A DNA stretch of 51,082 nt from a virus (lineage: Duplodnaviria; Caudoviricetes), in IMG/VR virus record IMGVR_UViG_3300036859_000729, positions 1 to 51,082 of that record; one strand, written 5' to 3'. The first letter of the stretch is position 1. Each line of letters opens with the position of its first letter. This document shows positions 32,538-39,724 of this stretch, in pieces. Made by a program: the position numbers and the translations under genes. The notes beneath the pieces are model-generated. The model was not told the DNA's origin, did no database searches, and saw only the letters and a program-made list of their open reading frames with translations.

Positions 32538-33568
32538 TCGATGTCACTCGCTCCGGGGAAGGCCCCTCCCCTGCCCAGATCATGCTCGTTGGAGAGTATT
32601 GGGGTGAAGACGAGCGCCGTCATCAAGCCCCCTTCATGGGCGCCTCGGGAATGGAACTCAACCGCATGCTCCACGACGCCGGCGTCATGCGGAGCGAGTG
32701 CTACGCCACCAACCTCTTCAACGCGGTGCCGCCCTGGGGGTTTAAAGGAGTAGCGACGACGAAGAAGGAACTCACCGCCGCCCATCAAGCCTTCGGCCCG
32801 AAGATGGTCCTGCCGGAGTTCACCGCGGCCCTCATCCGGCTCAACCGCGAGATTTCCCTCGTCCAGCCCAACGTCATCATCACCTTGGGCACCGAGCCCA
32901 CCCTCGCCCTGACTCAGAAGTGGGGCATCGCCCGGTGGCGGGGGAGTCAACTTACCTCCTCCCTCGGCGTCAAAGTCATCCCCACCTATAACCCGGCGGC
33001 GGTCCTTCGCGAATTCTCTCTCCGCCCTACCGTGGTCCACGATCTCCGCCGTGCGGCTCGCGAACGCGCGACGAAGGAGTACACGAATGTCCCACAATGG
33101 CGCTTCAACATCCGTCCTTCCGCCGAAGGGTCACTCAAGGTCCTGGGAGACCTTCTGGCTCAAGTCGATTCAGGCGCACTATCCTGGATCGATTTTGATC
33201 TGGAAACCGCATACGGTCACATTACTTGTGCCGGCCTTTCCTGGAGCCGCACCGAGGCCATCTCAATTCCCTTCACCACCGGCTTCCTCGGGTACTTCAA
33301 TGCGGAAGAGGAAGCGGCGGTGGTGTATGCGCTGTATCGTCTCCTGACCCACCCCCGAGTGAAGGTGAGGGGACAAAACCTCCTCTACGACGCGCAATAT
33401 ACCTGGCGGCATTGGCACTTCGTCCCCAGGGTGGCGCAGGACACGATGATTACTTTCCACACGTGTTACGCGGGGATGAGGAAGAGTCTCGATTTCCAGG
33501 CCAGCCTGCTCTGCGACCACTACGTTCAGTGGAAACCGGATCGCGAGAATTGGAAGGAGGGAGGATGA
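32534..33568 (+). CDS. UDG family 4-like domain + N-terminal part of the 3'-5' exonuclease (first part of split PolA)
   Basis: GEG...A.IMLVGE..G..E....PF.G.SG..L; PTYNPAAVLR; ExoI FDLET; ExoII GQNLLYD; DTM. Confidence 0.85.
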   Translation: MIDVTRSGEGPSPAQIMLVGEYWGEDERRHQAPFMGASGMELNRMLHDAGVMRSECYATNLFNAVPPWGFKGVATTKKELTAAHQAFGPKMVLPEFTAALIRLNREISLVQPNVIITLGTEPTLALTQKWGIARWRGSQLTSSLGVKVIPTYNPAAVLREFSLRPTVVHDLRRAARERATKEYTNVPQWRFNIRPSAEGSLKVLGDLLAQVDSGALSWIDFDLETAYGHITCAGLSWSRTEAISIPFTTGFLGYFNAEEEAAVVYALYRLLTHPRVKVRGQNLLYDAQYTWRHWHFVPRVAQDTMITFHTCYAGMRKSLDFQASLLCDHYVQWKPDRENWKEGG

Positions 33569-34944
33569 GCCGCCACGAAACAGAAGACGATCTCTGGGCA
33601 TACAACGCTCAGGATTGCGTCCGCACGCGGGAGGTCGGGGAGGTCTCCGCCGCCGCCGTCACCTCTCTGGGGCTCGAGGGTCCCGAGGCGTTCCAACAAG
33701 CTCTCTTCTGGCCCGTCCTCTGGGCCATGCAACGGGGCGTGCGGGTGGACGAGAAAGCCCGGGCGAGGTTCTCTGGCCAGCTCCTAGAGGAGATGGACGA
33801 GCGGATGGGGTGGCTCACCGCGGTCCTCGGCCACTCCCTCAACCCCGGGTCGCCGAAGCAGATGTGCACCCTGTTCTACGACGACTTGGGGCAGAAGAAG
33901 AATTTCAAGAAGTCGACGAAGCCCGGCATCCCTGGCGGTCTCTCGTGCGACAAGGAAGCCCTCCTCAAGATCGGGAACCGCGAGCCTCTCCTCCAACCCC
34001 TCATCCAGAAGATCGAGGAGTATCGCTCCCTCGGCGTCCTCCTCAAAACCTTCGTCCTCGCCCCCGCCGACATAGATGGACGGATGCGATGCTCCTACAA
34101 CATCTGCGGCGCGGAGACCTTCCGCTTCTCCTCCTCCAAGAACGCCTTCGGCTCCGGCGGGAATATGCAGAATATTCCGAAGGGCGGGGAAGATGACGAA
34201 GGCCTTGTCCTCCCCAACATCCGGGAGATGTATATCCCCGACGAAGGCTTCACCTTCTTCGACACCGATCTCTCGAAGGCGGATCTCCGCATCGTGACGT
34301 GGGAGTCGGGGGAGGGGGAAATGAAGGCCCTCCTCCGCGCCGGAAAGGACCCCTATGTGGAAGCAGCCCGCGAGTTCTACAAGGACCCGTCTCTCAAGAA
34401 AACCCGCGACGACGGATCCGAGCATCCTCGCTATCGAACGTTCAAATCCTTCGCCCACGGTAGCCATTACCTCGGCACGCCGCACGGCCTCTCCCGGCGC
34501 CTGGGTCTTACAGTCCATGAGGTTGATCGAGTACAAAAATGGTACTTTGGTCGTTTCCCTGCGATTCCGAAGTGGCAGCAAGATTTCAAAGCTCAACTTC
34601 GTGCTAGGAGATACGTTCAAAATATCTTCGGATATCGCCGATACTACTTTGATCGAATTGATGAGAGTACTGAGCGAGAGGCCATTGCCTGGCTTCCACA
34701 AAGTACGGTGGCCTGTTACATCAACCGGATCTGGATGAATCTGTGGGAGCAGACAGATCGAGCCCTGATGCAGGTCCTGATGCAGGTGCACGATTCGCTG
34801 GCCGGCCAGTTCCCCACGCATAGGAAGGCCGAGGCGCAGGCGGCGTTGAAGCAAGCGGGGGAGATTGTGCTTCCCTACGCGGACCCTCTCGTCATCCCGG
34901 TGGGGGTGAAGACAAGTGAGGTAAGTTGGGGGCACTGCGGGTGA
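33565..34944 (+). CDS. polA: Family A DNA polymerase (ExoIII + polymerase domain)
   Basis: ExoIII YNAQD; motif A DLSKADLR; motif B KSFAHGSHY; motif C QVHDS; AAGGAGG SD and ATGA overlap. Confidence 0.9.
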   Translation: MSRHETEDDLWAYNAQDCVRTREVGEVSAAAVTSLGLEGPEAFQQALFWPVLWAMQRGVRVDEKARARFSGQLLEEMDERMGWLTAVLGHSLNPGSPKQMCTLFYDDLGQKKNFKKSTKPGIPGGLSCDKEALLKIGNREPLLQPLIQKIEEYRSLGVLLKTFVLAPADIDGRMRCSYNICGAETFRFSSSKNAFGSGGNMQNIPKGGEDDEGLVLPNIREMYIPDEGFTFFDTDLSKADLRIVTWESGEGEMKALLRAGKDPYVEAAREFYKDPSLKKTRDDGSEHPRYRTFKSFAHGSHYLGTPHGLSRRLGLTVHEVDRVQKWYFGRFPAIPKWQQDFKAQLRARRYVQNIFGYRRYYFDRIDESTEREAIAWLPQSTVACYINRIWMNLWEQTDRALMQVLMQVHDSLAGQFPTHRKAEAQAALKQAGEIVLPYADPLVIPVGVKTSEVSWGHCG

Positions 34945-36149
34945 CACGCCGTCTCCCTGACTGGCTCTCTGCCTACGTCCGCTTCGCCGGCGTCACCGAG
35001 GCGCCCAAACTGATGCACTTCTTCGCCGGCGTCTCCGCGATCGCCGGCGCCCTGCGCCGCAAGGTGTGGATTGACATGAAGAGGTTTCAATGGACCCCAA
35101 GCTTCTATATCGTGTTCGTGGCCCCGCCTGGGATTGTTGCCAAGTCGACGACGGCCGACATTGCGATGGACCTGCTGAAGCACATCCCTGGTGTGAAGTT
35201 CGGTCCGGATGTGATAACGTGGCCTGCGCTTGTGTCTGCGTTCGCGTCGGCGGGAGAGAGCTTTCAGTTTGGCGACGAGTGGTTCCCGATGAGTGCCCTG
35301 ACACTTGTTGCTTCGGAACTCGGCAACCTAATCAACCCGCAGGATCGAGACATGGTGAACCTCTACATCACGCTCTGGGATGGAAGGAAGTCGCTTGAGA
35401 AGGTGACAAAAACGTCGGGGAATGACTCGGTTGAGGCGCCGTGGATCAACATGCTTGGATGTACGACGCCGCACTGGATTGCAGACAACATGCCGCCGGC
35501 AACGGTGGGAGGGGGATTCACTTCCCGCTGCGTCTTCGTCTACGCGGAGAAGAAGGAACAATTCGTCGCCTACGTGGATGAGGTGGTGAGAGATGGGGAT
35601 GAGGAGGAGCGACTTGCTCTCATCCACGACCTTGAACACATTGCCCTCAACCTCACCGGGCCCTACACCATCCTCCCCGAGGCCCGAGCGTGGGGGCGGG
35701 AGTGGTACGAAGATGTCTGGACGAACCGCCCACCCGAGTTGGAGGATGACCGCCTCGACGGCTACCTAGCGAGGAAGCAAACCCACCTCCACAAACTCGC
35801 GATGGTGATGGCGGCTTCGGCGCGAGATGAAATGGTCGTGACGAAGGAGGATCTGATGATGGCCAATCAGATGCTACGGTCGGCGGAGGGCGACCTGGTG
35901 AAGGTGTTCTCGCGGATTGGGCGGTCAGAAGACGCCGCGCAGGTCGACCGCTTCGTCAGCTACATTCGCCGGCGGGGCGAGTGCCCTTACTCCGAGGCCC
36001 TTCGCGCCGTCCAGGATCATTTCATCGACCTGCGTGACTTCGAAGGCATGCTCAATGGGCTGCTGCGGAGCGGCGTCCTCAAGCTCGTCGGGAATGGGGC
36101 AGGGATACTGCTGAAGTATGCCGGGGAAGAGAACCCGAAACCCACGTGA
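34941..36149 (+). CDS. DUF3987-like ATPase (putative helicase)
   Basis: WL..Y.....TEAP..H; variant P-loop APPGIVAKST; SELG; LWDG; GGFTSR; C-terminal winged-helix-like region. Confidence 0.7.
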   Translation: MTRRLPDWLSAYVRFAGVTEAPKLMHFFAGVSAIAGALRRKVWIDMKRFQWTPSFYIVFVAPPGIVAKSTTADIAMDLLKHIPGVKFGPDVITWPALVSAFASAGESFQFGDEWFPMSALTLVASELGNLINPQDRDMVNLYITLWDGRKSLEKVTKTSGNDSVEAPWINMLGCTTPHWIADNMPPATVGGGFTSRCVFVYAEKKEQFVAYVDEVVRDGDEEERLALIHDLEHIALNLTGPYTILPEARAWGREWYEDVWTNRPPELEDDRLDGYLARKQTHLHKLAMVMAASARDEMVVTKEDLMMANQMLRSAEGDLVKVFSRIGRSEDAAQVDRFVSYIRRRGECPYSEALRAVQDHFIDLRDFEGMLNGLLRSGVLKLVGNGAGILLKYAGEENPKPT

Positions 36150-36156
36150 GGTATCA

Positions 36157-36375
36157 ATGGGTAAGCCACGTGCGAAACGAATCACTATCCACACCCTCAT
36201 CTGCGACAAGGAGATGGGGTTGGGGTATTGCTGCGAGTGGATATTCTTCCGCCTCTACAAAGACACAGCCCTCATCGCCACCCGGCTAGGAGTGACGAAA
36301 AGGGCAGTGAGGTATCACAAGGCGGCGGATCGGGCGTGCGCGGCGTCGCCGGCGTGCCTGAAGGGGCGGGTTTAG
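36157..36375 (+). CDS. Small HTH protein, candidate late regulator
   Basis: GAGG SD; TALIATRLGVTKRAVR HTH; last gene of the replication operon. Confidence 0.55.
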   Translation: MGKPRAKRITIHTLICDKEMGLGYCCEWIFFRLYKDTALIATRLGVTKRAVRYHKAADRACAASPACLKGRV

Positions 36376-36581
36376 GCCACCCGCTTGAGCTCCACCGGCT
36401 CCGGAGGCGTGTGGACCAAGCCGTCGGTGTAGATCAGCCCGCACTGCTCGCACAACTCCGCGATCGTCCTCTTCTGACCCTTGAACGGCATGAGCGATGG
36501 CTTGCGAAGTGGGTGCGGCTGCGGCTCCTGGCTCGCAGCAGCCTGGAGGGCGAACCAGTCTTTCACTTTATCTCGCGACAC
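36372..36581 (-). CDS. Hypothetical protein
   Basis: 69 aa; last late gene; converges with the + strand operon. Confidence 0.5.
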   Translation of the reverse strand: MSRDKVKDWFALQAAASQEPQPHPLRKPSLMPFKGQKRTIAELCEQCGLIYTDGLVHTPPEPVELKRVA

Positions 36582-37177
36582 AGCGTCACCCTCACCGGCT
36601 CCTGAGGATCGAAACTCGCCTTTGCTGTCGGCCAGGTCCCGTAGATGCTCGAAGTCGTTTCAACCGACCGGATCCACGGGTAGCACGACATCTGGCCTCC
36701 CTCGAACACGGTCGGCGCCTGTCCACACACCGCTCCTCGCTTCTTGGTCACCGGGTCGAGACAGTAGGCCGGGCGGAAGCCGTCAGCGTCGGGAGCCACA
36801 ACCCAGGTCTTTGGCGGGGGCTGGAGCTTGTCCATGCACGGCTGCATCGCGGGGTCGTCGTTCACCGGGAACTGGTCCCGCAGCGAGATCGTCCGCATCG
36901 AGGCCAACAGGGCGAGGTTCTGCGTGGAGATCCCCGCGGTGATCTGCTGCAACTGTTGGCCGACCAGTCTCGAGACATCGACCGCAGCTTGTTGGAGGTA
37001 GTAGGGTTCGAACCGGTCTTTCGTTCCTCTCTTCCAACCCGCAACACAGCCGCCCATCGTTGTGACGTGGATCACAGTCCCGGTCCATTCGGTAGGCCAG
37101 ACAGTGATCGGGCGATCGGGGACCTGGGCCCAACTCGGCGCGCAGGCTAGCAAAACGATAAGCAAAAAGCGTTTCAT
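36563..37177 (-). CDS. Secreted Cys-containing protein
   Basis: AAAGGA SD; signal peptide MKRFLLIVLLACAPSWA; six Cys in the mature part. Confidence 0.7.
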   Translation of the reverse strand: MKRFLLIVLLACAPSWAQVPDRPITVWPTEWTGTVIHVTTMGGCVAGWKRGTKDRFEPYYLQQAAVDVSRLVGQQLQQITAGISTQNLALLASMRTISLRDQFPVNDDPAMQPCMDKLQPPPKTWVVAPDADGFRPAYCLDPVTKKRGAVCGQAPTVFEGGQMSCYPWIRSVETTSSIYGTWPTAKASFDPQEPVRVTLCREIK

Positions 37178-37186
37178 GGTATCCTT

Positions 37187-37753
37187 TCAGTTCGGCACAT
37201 CGACGCCAGTCTGGCTCGCTTGCACCCAGTTGGTTCCGTTGTAGAGGAAGGTGATCGAGCGGTTGAATCCGGTGGCCGGCTGCGTCCATGCCGACATGCG
37301 GAAAGTGGCGTCCCAGGTCACCGCGCCGAGGGCGCCGGCAGATTCGTTTCGAAGATTGATTGTGATGGGCTGGCCCTCCGAGGGATTCGTCGGTGCGTTG
37401 ATGGTGAAGGCGACGGCGTCGACCGCGGCGATGTGGAAGTAGTTTCCCAGACCCGCATTGATCGTCATGCTGGGGGAGTAAGTGACCGTCGTCCGCTTGT
37501 AGACGATGCGAGCAAGGGAGATGAGGCCGGCGTTGACGACAGGGGAGTTGAGGGAAGCGGAGTTGAGGATCTTGTTCGAAACCGTCTGCGAGTCGGAGAG
37601 GGTGACGAGGGCAAGGTTGGTGATGATGTCCGCGGCCGTCGCCGGCGCCACTCCTGCCGCCCCGAGCGCCGTGTAGATTGCGACGTTGACGTCGTTCAGC
37701 CAGGCCGCGCTGACCGGCGGATCCTGGAAATCCGTGTAAACTGTGCTAGCCAA
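37187..37753 (-). CDS. Short tail fibre / second receptor-binding protein
   Basis: TTG start with GGAG SD; N-terminal V.AAWLNDV anchor shared with the tailspike. Confidence 0.7.
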   Translation of the reverse strand: MASTVYTDFQDPPVSAAWLNDVNVAIYTALGAAGVAPATAADIITNLALVTLSDSQTVSNKILNSASLNSPVVNAGLISLARIVYKRTTVTYSPSMTINAGLGNYFHIAAVDAVAFTINAPTNPSEGQPITINLRNESAGALGAVTWDATFRMSAWTQPATGFNRSITFLYNGTNWVQASQTGVDVPN

Positions 37754-37766
37754 GTTGGTCTCCCGA

Positions 37767-39329
37767 TTAAACCGCTTTGAAGAAGCCGTGGATCGTGAAC
37801 GTCACCGGATCCGAACACTCGGCGAGGGTGAGCTGCGCGTTTCCTGCGCCGGCTGCATGGCACTTGATGGGAGCCAGGGTGGCTCCGCTGATCCGCCCCA
37901 CCATGGTGAAGACGTTCGCCGTAAAGGTGATGCCGGCCCAGTTCATCGTCATGACCTGGAACGCAGGCCCGGCCCAGTCCGAATCCGCGATGAAAGGCAT
38001 GCCGGCGACGCTGAGGCTCCCCGCCCCGAGCGTTCCCTTCGCGGCGCTGATCTGGCAGGTGAAGTGCACGATCTTCCCGTTGAGCCAGACGCGCCCTATT
38101 GAGGTTGCGGCGCCCTGCGCTCCACCTCCCGTCGAGTTGAGGATGGGAGTCCAGCTCCGAGGGGTTGAGATTCCGTCATCGTAGGCTGACACGAACGAGC
38201 GCCACGGGACGTCGGATCCTCCCCCGGGATGGTACCCGTTCGAGAATACGTTGTCCGCGAAGGCGTCAACGGCGAGCGTGCAGCCCTCGGCAAGGCCGCC
38301 GACGAACTGGATGCGGGAGCAATCGATGCCGACGTAGCGGGCAGTGGGAGTGACTAGAGGCGTCACGCCGTTGGCGATCAGGTTCTCGTTGCAGCCGATG
38401 AGGCTGATTTCCGAACCGCACTCGAAGTGATAGCCGACGTTCCCTCGATTGAGGCGCTGTCCGATGAAGTTCGACCGCGTCATGCGGTTGCCGTCAGTGC
38501 CGAACGTGATGCCCTTCGCGACGTGGACGTGCCGGCCACCGCTGACGAAGTTGGAGAAGCCGCCGATGATGTTGTGGAAGAAGCCACCGGAGTCAGCGCC
38601 ACCGACGTGCGGGCCGCACTGGAACATCAGGCCAGTGACGCCCGGGCCGCCGATGCGGTCGACGTTCTCGATCGTGCAGTCGGAGTTGGAAACGAGTGTG
38701 GTAGTCTGGGTGAGGGATTCCGGGACCACGCCGAGTAGGATCACGTTCGTGTGGCCGTTGGAGTCGAGGCAGATATCCCTGAACGTCACGTTGTTCCGCG
38801 AGTTGCGAATCAGGAACATGTTGTCCGATCCGCACTTGAACCTCGTGAGGCCGGCATCGCCGTGGACGAGGAGGGAGTCGCTCGGATCGGCGTTCACCGT
38901 GCCGAAGGGAATGAGCAACCCGTTAGCGAAGGTGTCGGAGCCGGCAACCCCGTTGAGGAGATAGTTACCACCGGGGCAGTAAAGAGAACGCTTCTGCGCG
39001 AGCGCGGAGGTGGCGGCAGCCTGCAGCGCGGCGGTGTCGTCCGTCACTCCATTGGCAGCACACCCGCCGTCAGTGATGGCGTTGAAGGGCTGGCCCTCGT
39101 GCCACGCATGTTCCGTCGTCGCGATGCCACTCGTCCGCTGCACCCCCACCAACGCGTCACCGAGTCCCACACTCGCCGTGTTCGCGAGGTCGGCAAGGGA
39201 AACCGCGCCGAGGGAAGCCATCCACGCGATCTTCCCCATTGGGGGAAGGGCCTCGTAGACCAGAGCGTCAACGTCGTTGAGCCAGCTTGGCGGGACGATG
39301 GTCCCGTTGATGAAGTCGATTGTTGCCAT
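37767..39329 (-). CDS. Tailspike with pectate-lyase-like beta-helix
   Basis: N-terminal anchor WLNDVD; GDALVG linker; GVTDDTAALQAA...LYCPGGNY; C-terminal WTP...G domain. Confidence 0.85.
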   Translation of the reverse strand: MATIDFINGTIVPPSWLNDVDALVYEALPPMGKIAWMASLGAVSLADLANTASVGLGDALVGVQRTSGIATTEHAWHEGQPFNAITDGGCAANGVTDDTAALQAAATSALAQKRSLYCPGGNYLLNGVAGSDTFANGLLIPFGTVNADPSDSLLVHGDAGLTRFKCGSDNMFLIRNSRNNVTFRDICLDSNGHTNVILLGVVPESLTQTTTLVSNSDCTIENVDRIGGPGVTGLMFQCGPHVGGADSGGFFHNIIGGFSNFVSGGRHVHVAKGITFGTDGNRMTRSNFIGQRLNRGNVGYHFECGSEISLIGCNENLIANGVTPLVTPTARYVGIDCSRIQFVGGLAEGCTLAVDAFADNVFSNGYHPGGGSDVPWRSFVSAYDDGISTPRSWTPILNSTGGGAQGAATSIGRVWLNGKIVHFTCQISAAKGTLGAGSLSVAGMPFIADSDWAGPAFQVMTMNWAGITFTANVFTMVGRISGATLAPIKCHAAGAGNAQLTLAECSDPVTFTIHGFFKAV

Positions 39330-39724
39330 TACTGAGTCACTCCTACGGTCCAGCACCCGGCGCCAGCAAAGCCGGCACGTGAGTACACGCTTGTGATTGT
39401 GCAGAAGGGGAAGTTGGCCGGCGTGAGGTGGTCGTTCCGGCCAGGGATCATGCAGCCGGGGGTGCCGAGGCCGGGGATGGCCTGGCTGTCCGCCGGAGTA
39501 CACATGGGGGCGAAATCGGGAGGGAGATCGGGTTGGGCCCAAGGCGGCGCCATCTTGTCCGGGATGGCGCGGACGAAGTCTTGAGGCTGCCGCGGCTCCC
39601 AGTCCCGGAGGCAGGTGTAGAAGCCCTGCCAGTTCTTCCGCATGAGGGAGGCTTTGAACTTCCTCCCGCACCGAAAGCAAAGGGCATTCCAATCGCCCAG
39701 GGCGAGACGGTCGGCATCACTCAT
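39329..39724 (-). CDS. Zn-finger virion-module protein
   Basis: WNALCFRCG.K.K...W.G..TC..DWEPRQPQDF. Confidence 0.7.
   Translation of the reverse strand: MSDADRLALGDWNALCFRCGRKFKASLMRKNWQGFYTCLRDWEPRQPQDFVRAIPDKMAPPWAQPDLPPDFAPMCTPADSQAIPGLGTPGCMIPGRNDHLTPANFPFCTITSVYSRAGFAGAGCWTVGVTQ

Noticed and set aside
36563-39329. Diversity-generating retroelement or invertible tail-fibre cassette
   Set aside because: No reverse transcriptase, no TR/VR pair and no invertase or flanking inverted sites seen.
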